A stretch of 64,000 bases of DNA from an uncultured Candidatus Saccharibacteria bacterium (GTDB lineage: Bacteria; Patescibacteriota; Minisyncoccia; SW-4-49-11), in NCBI GenBank assembly GCA_964633865.1, contig CAZWIJ010000002.1, positions 628 to 64,627 on the forward strand. The letters are read 5' to 3'. The notes under the pieces were generated by a model, which was given only the letters and a program-made list of their open reading frames with translations, searched no databases and was not told where the DNA came from. Position 1 is the first letter of the stretch. Each line of letters starts with the position of its first letter. This document shows, piece by piece, positions 49,350 to 60,671 of the stretch. Made by a program: the position numbers and the translations under genes.

Positions 49350-50177
49350 TTACTTTCTTCTACTAATAATAAACTTGTTACTTGCTTTCTTCTTCTTTCT
49401 AGTTTTCTTACCTAAAGCAATTTTACCCCAAGGAGTTTTTGGTGATTTCAATCCAATAGGTTGTTTTCCTTCTCCTCCTCCATGTGGATGATCAACTGGG
49501 TTCATGGCACTACCTCTAACTGCAGGCCTTATACCTTTCCATCTATTTCTTCCAGCTTTACCAATATTTTCCAACATGTGAGCTTCATTACTAACTTTTC
49601 CTATACTTGCATAAACAGTTTTATGAACTTTTCTCACTTCTCCAGATGGCATTTTAACCAAAGCATACATACCTTCTACAGCTAACACCTGAGCTGAACT
49701 TCCAGCAGATCTTATTATTTGACCACCTTTTCCTGGAAATAATTCTAAGTTATAGATAGATGTACCTACAGGAATATTCTGAATCATAAGTCTATTACCT
49801 GTCTTTAATGGTGCATTTTCAGAAACAATAAGTCTATCTCCTACTTGCAAACCATTTGGAGCTAATATATAAGATTTTATTCCATCAGTGTAAGTAACAA
49901 GAGCTATAAAAGCTGATCTATTAGGATCATACTCAATTGATTTTACAATACATTCTATATCAATTTTCTTTTGCTTAAAATCAACTAGTCTGTACATCCT
50001 CTTATGTCCACCCCCTTTATGTCTAACAGTTATTATTCCTCTATTATTTCTACCAGAACCTTTTTTCAAAGGAGTCAAAAGACTTTTCTCTGGTTTAGAT
50101 TTGGTAATAACTTTATTATAATCTATCACTGAACTGTCTCTAGTTCCTGGTGTGATTGGTTTACGTTTTTTAATCAT
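49350..50177 (-). CDS. rplB: 50S ribosomal protein L2
   Basis: [28 protein letters not shown]. Confidence 0.9.
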   Translation of the reverse strand: MIKKRKPITPGTRDSSVIDYNKVITKSKPEKSLLTPLKKGSGRNNRGIITVRHKGGGHKRMYRLVDFKQKKIDIECIVKSIEYDPNRSAFIALVTYTDGIKSYILAPNGLQVGDRLIVSENAPLKTGNRLMIQNIPVGTSIYNLELFPGKGGQIIRSAGSSAQVLAVEGMYALVKMPSGEVRKVHKTVYASIGKVSNEAHMLENIGKAGRNRWKGIRPAVRGSAMNPVDHPHGGGEGKQPIGLKSPKTPWGKIALGKKTRKKKKASNKFIISRRK

Positions 50178-50180
50178 AAT

Positions 50181-50519
50181 CTATATATTGATGCTAAATC
50201 CTGGCTTAACAGATATAACTGCTTTCTTATATCGTGAGGTTTTTCCTTTTTTCCCTCTTACAAATGTATTTCTTGGTTTAGAAATAATAATATTAATACT
50301 ATCAATTTCAATAGAATATAAAGATTCTATTGCTTTCTTAATTTCAATCTTATTAGCTTCATTTGAAACTACAAATGTATACTGATTATTTTTAGTCAAA
50401 TGATATGTTTTTTCTGTAATTACAGGGAATTTAACTATCTGATAAGAGTGACTGTTATGATTAACTGTCTTTCCCTCAACTAAAGAATTATCATTATTTT
50501 TAACTGCTTCTTTACTCAT
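50181..50519 (-). CDS. rplW: 50S ribosomal protein L23
   Basis: Position between L4 and L2. VKFPVITEKT. Confidence 0.85.
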   Translation of the reverse strand: MSKEAVKNNDNSLVEGKTVNHNSHSYQIVKFPVITEKTYHLTKNNQYTFVVSNEANKIEIKKAIESLYSIEIDSINIIISKPRNTFVRGKKGKTSRYKKAVISVKPGFSINI

Positions 50520-50529
50520 ATAATTTCAT

Positions 50530-51162
50530 TTATACTTTATAAGTATCTTTTATAACTTCTATTGATGGTACAGTCATAATAAGACTATTATATTTCAATA
50601 AATCTTCCACATTCAAAGAATTAGCTAAAATAACTTTAACATTTTGTAAATTACTAAATGTCTTTTCAACTAAATAATCCTTAGTACTCACCACTAAAAG
50701 TGTTTTCTCAGTATCTGATTTGACTACATTCTTTAATAATTCAATACCATCTTTTGTTTTTGGAGTAGATATGGAGATATCATCTACCAAATATAACTTA
50801 TTACTTATAATAAAATCTGACAACATCATAAACAAAGCTTTTCTCTTCATTTTTTTATTGATAGACACTGAATAATTTCTATCATTTCTTGGTCCAAAGG
50901 TTATTCCTCCTTTTCTCCAAATAGGAGATCTAGATGAACCATGTCTTGCTCTACCAGTACCTTTTTGCTTCCAAGGTTTCTTACCTCCTCCACTTACTTC
51001 CGCTTTAGTTTTGGTATGAGCTACTGGAGTTAATCTATTCAAAGATATAGCTCTTAATACTTGATGTACAAGGTCTGTGTTTAGTTCAACATCAAAAATA
51101 TACTTAGGTAAATCGTATTCACCATTCTTTTCTCCTTTTATTGTAAAAATATCCCATTTCAT
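50530..51162 (-). CDS. rplD: 50S ribosomal protein L4
   Basis: KPWKQKGTGRARHGS. Confidence 0.9.
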   Translation of the reverse strand: MKWDIFTIKGEKNGEYDLPKYIFDVELNTDLVHQVLRAISLNRLTPVAHTKTKAEVSGGGKKPWKQKGTGRARHGSSRSPIWRKGGITFGPRNDRNYSVSINKKMKRKALFMMLSDFIISNKLYLVDDISISTPKTKDGIELLKNVVKSDTEKTLLVVSTKDYLVEKTFSNLQNVKVILANSLNVEDLLKYNSLIMTVPSIEVIKDTYKV

Positions 51163-51178
51163 AATATTGCAAAAAACA

Positions 51179-51760
51179 TTACCCTATAATTTGTATAATT
51201 GAGCCTCTAGCTCCAGGAACAGGTCCTTTAATAACCAAAATGTTATTTTCTTGATCCAAAGATACAATTTTAACATTTTTTATACTTTGAGTAACTGACC
51301 CCATTTTCCCAGGCATTTTTCGACCTTTAAGAACATGTTGAGGAAATCCTGACCCAATAGATCCTCCAGCTCTTTCAACATGTTTTGTACCATGGGTTGC
51401 ATTAGCTCCATGAAATCCATGTCGCTTCACTACTCCTGCAAAACCCTTACCCTTTGATACAGATTTTAATGTAACTTTATCACCTACATTAAATTGAGTA
51501 ATTAAAAGTTCGTTTCCTTCATTAATTCCAGAGATATCTTTTACTCTAATTTCTTTTATAATAGAAGGTAAGATTTTATCTTTAACCTTTTTATCAAACT
51601 TTGCACCAGCTCTAACAGCTGTATAACCATTTTTTTCTTCAGAAAGAAGAGCGAATACTTTCACATCATCAAATAATTTGATTTTTGTGACAGGAATCAC
51701 ACGACCTTCATCACTAAAAATTTGGCTCATTTCTAATTTTTTTCCAAATAAAAACTTCAT
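51179..51760 (-). CDS. rplC: 50S ribosomal protein L3
   Basis: MKFLFGKKLEMSQIF matches the L3 N-terminus, so the start is placed at 51760 rather than the track start at 51778. Confidence 0.85.
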   Translation of the reverse strand: MKFLFGKKLEMSQIFSDEGRVIPVTKIKLFDDVKVFALLSEEKNGYTAVRAGAKFDKKVKDKILPSIIKEIRVKDISGINEGNELLITQFNVGDKVTLKSVSKGKGFAGVVKRHGFHGANATHGTKHVERAGGSIGSGFPQHVLKGRKMPGKMGSVTQSIKNVKIVSLDQENNILVIKGPVPGARGSIIQIIG

Positions 51761-51784
51761 ATTCGCTCTATAAATCATTTATAA

Positions 51785-52117
51785 TTAATTTAGATACTTT
51801 ATGGATACATCTACCCCTACAGGTAAATTTAAATTCATAAGAGCATCTATTACTTTTGCACCCGGTTCAGAAATATCAACTAATCTTTTATGTATTCTCA
51901 TCTCAAATTGATCTCTTGAGTCTTTGTGAACAAAAGTAGATTTCAACACAGTATATTTTTTTATTTCAGTTGGAAGAGGAATTGGCCCTACCGCATCCGC
52001 TCCAAACTTCAATATAGTATTAACAATCTGTGAAGCTGACTGATCAACTAATTTGTGATCATAAGCTTTAATCTTAATTCTGATTCTAGATTTTAAATCT
52101 TCTTTCTTATTAGCCAT
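51785..52117 (-). CDS. rpsJ: 30S ribosomal protein S10
   Basis: [21 protein letters not shown]. Confidence 0.9.
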   Translation of the reverse strand: MANKKEDLKSRIRIKIKAYDHKLVDQSASQIVNTILKFGADAVGPIPLPTEIKKYTVLKSTFVHKDSRDQFEMRIHKRLVDISEPGAKVIDALMNLNLPVGVDVSIKYLN

Positions 52118-52125
52118 ATATAATA

Positions 52126-53322
52126 CTATTTTACAATTTTTGTAACAACACCTGCTCCAACAGTATGACCACCTTCTCTAATAGCAAATCTTTGTTGATC
52201 AGATAAAGCAATCGGGGATACTAACTTAACATTAACTGTAACAGTATCTCCAGGCATAACTAATTCAGATCCTGGTGCTAATGTTATTTCTCCAGTTACA
52301 TCGGTTGTTCTAATATAGAATTGTGGCTTATATCCAGATACGAATGGAGTATGTCTTCCTCCTTCTTCTTTTGTCAAAACATAAACTTCAGCTTCAAATT
52401 CTGTGTGTGGAGTTATAGAACCTGTTTTTGCTAAAACCTGACCTCTTTCAACATCATCTTTTTTAACACCTCTAAGTAATAATCCAACATTATCTCCAGC
52501 AATACCTGAGTCTAATAATTTATTAAACATCTCAACTCCTGTAACAACAGTTTTTGCAGTAGGTCTAATTCCAACAATTTCAACTTCTTCATTAACTTTA
52601 ACTGTTCCTTTTTCAATTCTTCCCGTAACAACAGTTCCTCTACCTTCAATTGAGAAAATATCTTCAATAGGCATCAAGAAATCTTGGTCAACATCTCTTT
52701 TTGGTTCTGGAATAGATTTATCTAATGCTTCAATAAGTTCTAGAATAGGTTTTGCAGCATCAGAATTAACATCTGTTGTTTCTACAGCTTTCAATGCTGA
52801 ACCTTTTACAATAGTAACATTATCTCCATCAAATTGATATTTTGATAACAATTCTCTTACTTCAGCTTCTACTAGCTCAACTAATTCAGGATCATCTACC
52901 ATATCTACTTTGTTTAAGAAAACAACGATTTCTGGTACACCAATTTGATTTGCTAACAAAATATGCTCTCTTGTTTGAGGCATAGGACCGTCAGCAGCTG
53001 AAACTACTAAAATAGCTCCATCCATTTGAGCAGCACCTGTAATCATGTTTTTGATATAGTCAGCATGACCTGGACAATCGATATGAGCATAGTGTCTTGT
53101 ATCTGATTCATACTCAACATGAGCAACAGAAATAGTAATTCCTCTTGCTTTTTCTTCTGGAGCAGCATCGATTTCATCTACTGCTTTTTTTGTAACAACA
53201 TTTCCTCTTAAGTTTAAAACATTAAGAATAGCTGCTGTTAAGGTTGTTTTTCCATGGTCTACATGACCAATAGTTCCTACATTAACATGTGGTTTTGTTC
53301 GTTCGTACTTTGCTGTTGCCAT
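52126..53322 (-). CDS. tuf: Elongation factor Tu
   Basis: [25 protein letters not shown]. 398 aa. Confidence 0.95.
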   Translation of the reverse strand: MATAKYERTKPHVNVGTIGHVDHGKTTLTAAILNVLNLRGNVVTKKAVDEIDAAPEEKARGITISVAHVEYESDTRHYAHIDCPGHADYIKNMITGAAQMDGAILVVSAADGPMPQTREHILLANQIGVPEIVVFLNKVDMVDDPELVELVEAEVRELLSKYQFDGDNVTIVKGSALKAVETTDVNSDAAKPILELIEALDKSIPEPKRDVDQDFLMPIEDIFSIEGRGTVVTGRIEKGTVKVNEEVEIVGIRPTAKTVVTGVEMFNKLLDSGIAGDNVGLLLRGVKKDDVERGQVLAKTGSITPHTEFEAEVYVLTKEEGGRHTPFVSGYKPQFYIRTTDVTGEITLAPGSELVMPGDTVTVNVKLVSPIALSDQQRFAIREGGHTVGAGVVTKIVK

Positions 53323-53487
53323 AATATGTATTTAATTGTACTTATATTTTATAAATAAAAGTCTTGTTTAACAGAAATTAATATAGAAACAATTATATTA
53401 TTTTATTCTACTAAACTAACTAGGATTAATTGTAACCTAATTTTACAAATCAGTCAAGTATTTATGATTTAAAATTCATTTATATAC

Positions 53488-54291
53488 TTAATTATAATAA
53501 TTTGAGCTATTTGATATATCTGATTCCGTTTTAATATTGTATCTTTTTTTAATATTTGATGGAGAATTATGGTTCCATGAAGCTATACTTATTAATATAT
53601 TCAGAAATACTGCCAAAAACTCTACGACTATTTTAATTGCTCCATGAAAACTTTCTTTAAGATGATTCTCTGTATACATATCATTTATAGTATTATTTGT
53701 TTTTAATAAATCTATTTGATGAGCTGTGTTTCTAACAAAAACCCAGATAAAAAATATTGAGATTAAATGTATGAAAATATTTTTATCATTATAATAATTA
53801 AAAAATATTGTAGTAATAATCAATGGTATTCCTATACCAAACATATATTCTTTCTTATATAATATATTATTCTTTATAAAAATAAAAAATATAGATAATA
53901 AATATCCAAAAGCCAATATAAAACAAAGGTAACTCACTATATTAGATTTTGTTAAAAAAAGCAGTAATGTTAAGTTTACTCCTATTGTTAAGGTTGATAA
54001 AAAGAAAAAAAACAACATCGTAAAAAACCAATTAAAATATTGGACTATATTTGTAATATTTAATGTTAATGGAATTAAAATATGATCAAGAAAAAAAATA
54101 AGGTATACCAAACTAGAACTAGTTAATTCACCTCTATATCTAGTTTTTGTATCTAAAAAATTTAAAAAATCAAAGTTATTCATAAGATAATAGGAAACTA
54201 ATCCAGAGAGAATCATAGCTAGAAACATCCAAATATACACTTTGACAAAATAATCTCTATTATCATGTTTTTCTACAGTTAAAAAATCCAT
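53488..54291 (-). CDS. Hypothetical polytopic membrane protein
   Basis: At least 6 TM helices. No motif recognised. Confidence 0.35.
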   Translation of the reverse strand: MDFLTVEKHDNRDYFVKVYIWMFLAMILSGLVSYYLMNNFDFLNFLDTKTRYRGELTSSSLVYLIFFLDHILIPLTLNITNIVQYFNWFFTMLFFFFLSTLTIGVNLTLLLFLTKSNIVSYLCFILAFGYLLSIFFIFIKNNILYKKEYMFGIGIPLIITTIFFNYYNDKNIFIHLISIFFIWVFVRNTAHQIDLLKTNNTINDMYTENHLKESFHGAIKIVVEFLAVFLNILISIASWNHNSPSNIKKRYNIKTESDISNSSNYYN

Positions 54292-54300
54292 ACTACAACT

Positions 54301-54984
54301 TTAAATTAATCTTTTTTCTATCTTATTTGTATTTTTGTTATACTCTAATACTACTGGAACTCCAAATTCTATATGTTCATTTATTGTATCTTCTGGAGAA
54401 AGGTCATTAATATATTGCATAAAGACTCTAAATGTATCTTCATGAATAGAAATTAAAATTTTTTTATCATCTTCTAATAGAGGAACACATATTTCTTGAA
54501 AAAATGCTACTATTCTTTTTTTTACATCCTCTATACTTTCTCCTAAAGTATCAAGATCAGTACATTTTGAATATCTATAGCTATTTTTAGGATTCCTTTC
54601 ATCTGATTCATTCAATAATGGAGGTTTTTCAAAAAAGTCATTTTGTATCTTATCTATCTTATCTTTTCCGTACAAACCTATAGATTCTTCTAAAGTTAAC
54701 CCTTGCAAAACTCCATAATGCCTTGGATTTAACCTCCAATCTCTGATCTCATCTATCCATATTAAATTCATACTTTCGATAACTTCCCATCCACTTATAA
54801 TTGATCTTTGTAGATAAGATGTAATTAAAACATCAAATTTATACAAATCATTAAGAAGTTTTGATCCAAGAGTTGTAAGCTGTATCTTTGCATTATTATC
54901 AAGTGGAATATCATCCCATCCATTAAATCTTTTTTCTTGACTTAAAATACTATTCCCATGACGAATAAAAACTATTTTCGGCAT
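54301..54984 (-). CDS. Histidine-phosphatase superfamily protein (divergent phosphoglycerate mutase-like paralog)
   Basis: IVFIRHGNS...RFNGWDD. Second His in ISIHED. Tandem with gpmA. Confidence 0.6.
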   Translation of the reverse strand: MPKIVFIRHGNSILSQEKRFNGWDDIPLDNNAKIQLTTLGSKLLNDLYKFDVLITSYLQRSIISGWEVIESMNLIWIDEIRDWRLNPRHYGVLQGLTLEESIGLYGKDKIDKIQNDFFEKPPLLNESDERNPKNSYRYSKCTDLDTLGESIEDVKKRIVAFFQEICVPLLEDDKKILISIHEDTFRVFMQYINDLSPEDTINEHIEFGVPVVLEYNKNTNKIEKRLI

Positions 54985-54986
54985 AT

Positions 54987-55745
54987 CTATTTTTTTAATT
55001 TATTAAGGAAGGAAAACCATCCATTTGATTCTTGAACACTTTTTAGTGAATCTTTTAAATAATATTTTTTCACTACTTTTAATGAGTTTTTATCTAACTC
55101 ATATACTAATGGTTGCCCAGTTGGTATTTCTAAATTTATAATCTTCTCATCAGACATATTTTCTATGTTTTTTACTAAAGCTCTTAGACTATTTCCATGA
55201 GCTGCTATTAAGATTTTTTTTCCTGATTTTATAGCTGGCTTTAATTCTTCTTCCCAATAAGGTAAAACTCTCAACAAACAATCTGACAATGATTCTCCTA
55301 TTGGCAAATCTTTATCAGATACATTTTTATATCTAATATCTTTACCTGGATGTCTAGAATCATATAATGACAATAATGGTGGCCTTACTATTGAGTCTCT
55401 TCGCCATATTTTAACTTCTTCTTCACCAAATTCCTCAATTGACTCCTCTTTATTTCTACCTTGCAATGCTCCATAATGCCTTTCATTTAATCTCCAACTT
55501 TTTACTATAGGTAAATATGTCATTTCAGAAGACTTCAAAAGATATTGAGAGGTCTTAATAGCTCTTTTTAAAACCGATGTATAGACTATATCAAATTTCA
55601 ATCCTTTTTCTTTTACTAATAGACCAGCGTTATGAGCTTCTTGCACACCCTGCTCTGACAAATCAACATCAGACCACCCAGTAAATCTATCTAATCTATT
55701 CCATATACTTTCTCCATGTCTAATTAGAACTAATTTATATGTCAT
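54987..55745 (-). CDS. gpmA: 2,3-bisphosphoglycerate-dependent phosphoglycerate mutase
   Basis: LVLIRHGESIWNRLDRFTGWSDVDLSEQG. AAHGNSLRAL. Confidence 0.85.
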   Translation of the reverse strand: MTYKLVLIRHGESIWNRLDRFTGWSDVDLSEQGVQEAHNAGLLVKEKGLKFDIVYTSVLKRAIKTSQYLLKSSEMTYLPIVKSWRLNERHYGALQGRNKEESIEEFGEEEVKIWRRDSIVRPPLLSLYDSRHPGKDIRYKNVSDKDLPIGESLSDCLLRVLPYWEEELKPAIKSGKKILIAAHGNSLRALVKNIENMSDEKIINLEIPTGQPLVYELDKNSLKVVKKYYLKDSLKSVQESNGWFSFLNKLKK

Positions 55746-55754
55746 GTTTTTTAA

Positions 55755-56837
55755 TTATTCCACTAATGATTCTTCTGCTATCACATCTTCTTCATTATTA
55801 TCTATAGATACGGGAGATACAACTATACTAGCTTCTTTTACTTTTTCGTATAAAGTATTAAACATTTCTCTATTTTCTTTTAGGTTTTTTCTAGCAGCTT
55901 CTAATCCTTGACCAACAGTATTTCCTTCTAAATCTTTGATATATGCTCCACTTTTTTTCAATAAACCTAATTTGATTGCTATACTAATTAAATCAGCTTC
56001 AAGAGAAACACCTTCATTATACATAATATCAAATTCTGCGACCTTGAATGGAGCTGCAACTTTATTTTTAACAATTTTTGCTTTGGTTCTTGCTCCTATA
56101 ATCTCTTCACCCTTTTTAACTTGAGCTATTCTTTTGATTTCAATTCTAACTGATGAATAAAATTTCAAAGCCTTTCCTCCTGGGGTTTCTACTGGTGAAC
56201 CATATCCCATCATTCCTATTTTCATTCTAACTTGATTTGTAAAAATAATTGTGGTATTTGCTTTGGCAGATATAGCAGTTAATTTTCTTAAAGCTTGAGA
56301 CATAAGTCTTGCTTGTATTGCAACATGAGAATCCCCCATATCTCCTTCTATTTCAGCTTTAGGAACAATAGCAGCTACGGAGTCAACAACAATAACATCT
56401 ACACTTCCAGTTTTTACCAAAGTCTCAACAATTGACAGAGCTTCTTCTCCTGTATTTGGCTGTGAGATCAATAAATCATTTACATTTACTCCTAATTTTC
56501 TTGAATATTCTGGATCTAATGCATGTTCGGTATCAATAAAAGCAGCTACACCACCTTCTTTTTGAGCATTAGCAATAACTTGTAAACAAATTGTTGTCTT
56601 ACCACTAGATTCTGGTCCATAGATTTCAATTATTCTTCCTTGAGGAATTCCTCCTACACCTAATGCTGCATCAAGGGATATTGAACCTGTAGAATAAGCT
56701 TTTATATCAACTTTCTTTACTTCTCCTAATTTCATCATTGATTCATCTCCAAATTGAGATTTAATTTGATCTAGGACTGACTGTATTTTATCTTCTCTAG
56801 AATCTGATTTTGTATCAACTTTCTTTACTTTAGCCAT
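55755..56837 (-). CDS. recA: Recombinase RecA
   Basis: [52 protein letters not shown]. Confidence 0.95.
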   Translation of the reverse strand: MAKVKKVDTKSDSREDKIQSVLDQIKSQFGDESMMKLGEVKKVDIKAYSTGSISLDAALGVGGIPQGRIIEIYGPESSGKTTICLQVIANAQKEGGVAAFIDTEHALDPEYSRKLGVNVNDLLISQPNTGEEALSIVETLVKTGSVDVIVVDSVAAIVPKAEIEGDMGDSHVAIQARLMSQALRKLTAISAKANTTIIFTNQVRMKIGMMGYGSPVETPGGKALKFYSSVRIEIKRIAQVKKGEEIIGARTKAKIVKNKVAAPFKVAEFDIMYNEGVSLEADLISIAIKLGLLKKSGAYIKDLEGNTVGQGLEAARKNLKENREMFNTLYEKVKEASIVVSPVSIDNNEEDVIAEESLVE

Positions 56838-56949
56838 ATCTATAAATTTAAATTGTAATTATTTTAATTATACCATTATTTAGTATTCTATTCAATCAAG
56901 AAAATTTATTTTAATTATGCAAATAGCCTAATTTTACTTTTTAGGTAAT

Positions 56950-57276
56950 TTATATTTTTAATCCTTTTGCTTTATTTGATGCGATAATTTTAATTTGGTT
57001 TAGAATCTCAGTTTCAGAATCTTTTTCTCCAATCTTATTTTTTTTCTCTATACCACAAATTTGACACTTATGAATTATTGAGTCTACAAAACCATTCTTA
57101 AAAAGAAATTCTACTGGTTTCATTTTACCTAAACAGGTATTCTCTCTATCTCCAGGATTATTATCTACATGTAAAGACCATAGACATACAGGACAATGAT
57201 TAGTATACCCATTTCCTTCAACAAAATTTCCACAATTTGTACAAGAAAAAGATTCAATTTTTCTTACAAATGACAT
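56950..57276 (-). CDS. RNHCP-domain zinc-ribbon protein (108 aa)
   Basis: CTNCGNF...YTNHCPVCLWSLHVD carries the R/T-N-H-C-P motif. C-x2-C pairs. Confidence 0.5.
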   Translation of the reverse strand: MSFVRKIESFSCTNCGNFVEGNGYTNHCPVCLWSLHVDNNPGDRENTCLGKMKPVEFLFKNGFVDSIIHKCQICGIEKKNKIGEKDSETEILNQIKIIASNKAKGLKI

Positions 57277-57277
57277 T

Positions 57278-58444
57278 TTAATAATCTTTTAGTTTTTTTA
57301 TATTTAGATGATATCTAATTTTTTCTAATGCCTTCACTTCAATTTGTCTAATCCTTTCTCTTGTAACACCAAACTCTGCACCTACTTCTTCTAAAGTATG
57401 TGTAATACCATCTTCCAATCCAAACCTCATTTTTAATATTTTTTGCTCTCTACTGTTTAAATCATCTAGAATTTCATTTAGATGAATTCGTAATAAATTC
57501 CTACTAGCCATTTGAGTTGGACTCAAAGATTCCATATCTTCAATAAAATCTCCTAATGAACTTCCTTCGTCACTATCACCAACCGGGGATTGTAATGAAA
57601 TTGTATCTTGGTTTATTTTTATTATTTGATGAACTTTTTCTATCTCCATATCCATCTCGGCAGCAATTTCTTCTGGCAAAGGTTCTCTACCTAATTCTTG
57701 TACAAGAGTTCTTACTACCTGAGTATATCTATTAATAGTTTCTACCATATGAACAGGAATCCTAATTGTTCTTGCTTGGTCTGCTAATGCTCTTGTAATA
57801 GACTGTCTTATCCACCAAGTAGCATAAGTTGAAAATTTAAATCCTTTAGAATAATCAAACTTATCTATTGCTTTAAATAAACCAAGATTACCTTCTTGAA
57901 TTAAATCTAGAAGACTTAAACTAGAACTTCTACCAACATACTTTTTAGCAATAGAGACAACTAATCTCAAGTTAGCTTCAGCCAATTCTTGTTTTGCAGA
58001 ATCATCTCCAGACAAAATTCTTTTAGACAATGATATCTCCTTATCTTTGTTAATCAGTGGTATATTACCAATCTCTTTTAAATACATTTGTACTGGATCA
58101 GATAATTCTTCCTCCCACTTCTCTTTTGTTTTAACAGCATCAAAGCTATCCAAACTACCTTCTGTAACTCCAGTCAAAAACTCCAATGATTCTTTAACTT
58201 TTATCCCTTCTTTTCCTAATCTATCATAAATTTCTTCTAATAATTCTATATCATCTTCTAATTGCGGAACAGCATACATTATTTCTGTATCAGAAACAAA
58301 TCCTCTAGATCTACCTTGTTTTATTAAAGATTTAATTGCTGGTTCTAATTTTGCTGGTATCTTAACAGTTTTTTGGGTAAGATCTGGCATAATATCTGGA
58401 TTAACATCCAAATCATTATCATTGATTTCCTCTTGATTTGACAT
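57278..58444 (-). CDS. rpoD: RNA polymerase sigma factor, primary sigma-70 type
   Basis: Region 2 [40 protein letters not shown]. Region 4 helix-turn-helix. Confidence 0.9.
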   Translation of the reverse strand: MSNQEEINDNDLDVNPDIMPDLTQKTVKIPAKLEPAIKSLIKQGRSRGFVSDTEIMYAVPQLEDDIELLEEIYDRLGKEGIKVKESLEFLTGVTEGSLDSFDAVKTKEKWEEELSDPVQMYLKEIGNIPLINKDKEISLSKRILSGDDSAKQELAEANLRLVVSIAKKYVGRSSSLSLLDLIQEGNLGLFKAIDKFDYSKGFKFSTYATWWIRQSITRALADQARTIRIPVHMVETINRYTQVVRTLVQELGREPLPEEIAAEMDMEIEKVHQIIKINQDTISLQSPVGDSDEGSSLGDFIEDMESLSPTQMASRNLLRIHLNEILDDLNSREQKILKMRFGLEDGITHTLEEVGAEFGVTRERIRQIEVKALEKIRYHLNIKKLKDY

Positions 58445-58451
58445 AAAAAAT

Positions 58452-60203
58452 TTACTTAGAGCTTATAATCTGGATTTTGTTCAAAATTTCTTTTACTTTT
58501 TCATTATCATTATTTAACTTAGACTCTTTTAATTGCTTTCTTAAAGAATTTATAACTGATCTCTTAAAATGACTTTTTAGTAAATTAATAGATTCTAAAA
58601 GAGTTTGAGAAATATCATCTTGTGTGAAATTATTTTCTTGAATTTCTTTTTGTACTTCAAAGTAAATATTTTCTAGCTCTTTTTTTTCTTCTTCTATTAA
58701 TTGATTTGATATTTTATCAAATGTAATGCTTTTGTCTTCTGACAAAATTTTTATAATTTTTGTGAATATTGTTCTTAGTAAATCGTTATTAAAAACAAAA
58801 CTCTCTAATTCTAGTATATCATTATTTTTAGAATTGAAAAGTGTATAACCTATAATTAGTCTCTGGAGTTTTAACATAGGTGATTCTTTTGGCTTAGATA
58901 CAACGAATTTTGTATTTGTATTTTTAAGTAAAGAATAAATTGTTTTCTCAGATAAATTCAGTTTATCAGCAAATTTTCTGACATAAATATCTTGCTGACT
59001 TTTATTCAAAATATCTTGTATAAAGTCAACTCCTTGTAATAAAATTTTTTCACTTATTATGGGATTTTTTGTGTCCGCATTTTGGGTTATATATTCTATA
59101 TAATAATCCATAAAATCAATTGCCTCACTAGCCATATAACCCCACTCGGAAGGTGAGTTTAATACAATATCTGCAGTATCTTTCCCAGTATTAATTGGGA
59201 TTACTTTTACTATTCCTCCATGTTTTAAAATTAATTTGGTTGATCTAATACAAGCATTTAGTCCCGCTTCATCATTGTCAAAAGCTAAGAGGTAATTTTT
59301 TGTATATCGATTAATGATTTTAATATGCTTTTCTGTAAGAGCAGTCCCTGAGACACCTATAGTTTCAATAACACCAGCTTGATGAGACATAATTACATCC
59401 ATTTGCCCTTCCACCAAAACAACTCTATCTTTTTCTTTGATAGCTAATTTAGATTCAGATAAACCAAATAACAAACTTCCTTTATCGAATAATTTACTTT
59501 GCGGAGAATTTATATATTTACCCATTTTTTTATCATCAAATTCTGGCAAAACCCTTCCCGTAAAACCAACCGGCCTACCTAAAGAATCTTTAATTGGAAT
59601 CATTATTCTTCCTCTGAATCTATCATACACTTTCCCATTTTGACTTTTAAGGCTAATTCCTGATTCTAATAAAGAGTTCTGATTCACTTTTTTGGATAAT
59701 AGAGCTTTTGTTATTGATTCGAAATTGTTAAGAGCAAATCCTATTTCAAATTTTTTGACCATTTCAGGAGATATTCCCCTACTTTGGATATATTGTCTTG
59801 CTATTTCACCGTATTTTTCATGCGATAAAATTTTTTGATAAAATTTACTAGCAAAATTTATAATTTTGAATAAATCTTGTTTATTATCTTCTGTAGTATT
59901 TTTTTTATTATAAGAATTATTTTCTAGCCTAACTCCAGCTTTATCAGCTAAAATTTGCAATGCTTCTCTAAAATTTACTCCTTCTATTTCCATTATAAAA
60001 GTGAACATATCCCCTACTTTATCTCCTCCAAAATCTTTGAATATTTGTAATTCTGGATTTACCATAAATGAAGGTGTCCTCTCACTTCTAAAGGGAGATA
60101 GTGCTCTATAATTGCTACCTGCTTTGGTTAATGTAATGTATTCTCCTATAATATCTACAATATCTAGTTTTGACTTAATTTCTTGTACTATATTGTCTTG
60201 CAT
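58452..60203 (-). CDS. dnaG: DNA primase with degenerate (ligand-less) zinc-binding domain
   Basis: TOPRIM motifs ([18 protein letters not shown]). The N-terminal segment aligns to the DnaG zinc ribbon, but CPFH is replaced by SPFR and HCFGCG by KDFGGD. Confidence 0.85.
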   Translation of the reverse strand: MQDNIVQEIKSKLDIVDIIGEYITLTKAGSNYRALSPFRSERTPSFMVNPELQIFKDFGGDKVGDMFTFIMEIEGVNFREALQILADKAGVRLENNSYNKKNTTEDNKQDLFKIINFASKFYQKILSHEKYGEIARQYIQSRGISPEMVKKFEIGFALNNFESITKALLSKKVNQNSLLESGISLKSQNGKVYDRFRGRIMIPIKDSLGRPVGFTGRVLPEFDDKKMGKYINSPQSKLFDKGSLLFGLSESKLAIKEKDRVVLVEGQMDVIMSHQAGVIETIGVSGTALTEKHIKIINRYTKNYLLAFDNDEAGLNACIRSTKLILKHGGIVKVIPINTGKDTADIVLNSPSEWGYMASEAIDFMDYYIEYITQNADTKNPIISEKILLQGVDFIQDILNKSQQDIYVRKFADKLNLSEKTIYSLLKNTNTKFVVSKPKESPMLKLQRLIIGYTLFNSKNNDILELESFVFNNDLLRTIFTKIIKILSEDKSITFDKISNQLIEEEKKELENIYFEVQKEIQENNFTQDDISQTLLESINLLKSHFKRSVINSLRKQLKESKLNNDNEKVKEILNKIQIISSK

Positions 60204-60671
60204 CTTTGAAGCTAGTTTAAGTATGTTTTATATGTCTATTATATCAGGCTATTGAAGGTTTATCAAATAAAGTACTCTCTTTTTTCTTCTAACTTTATAT
60301 TAGGATTATTATTAACTTGGTCTAAATATTGTTGTTCTGCTTGATAAGAAAAAATTTGGTATATCCATAAAAAGATATTAGTAAAACTAAAGTTAATATT
60401 ACTAAAATTGTTACTATCTTTAATATTCTTTTTAAAATTTTGTTTTGCATAGGATTTATAGTTATTGATTATCTTCTATTCATTGATTTCACACCGTTGT
60501 ATTAGATTTCTGAAGAGAAGGTTACATTATACATACTTGTTATTTTGACTTACATTTTATTTATAACACATATTGATTTTTCTTTCAATCTAAACATATA
60601 TTTATTAATTTATATTGTTTTTATTTTTCACCTATGTTATTATAATTATGTTCTTTATGAAATTTAAAGTG

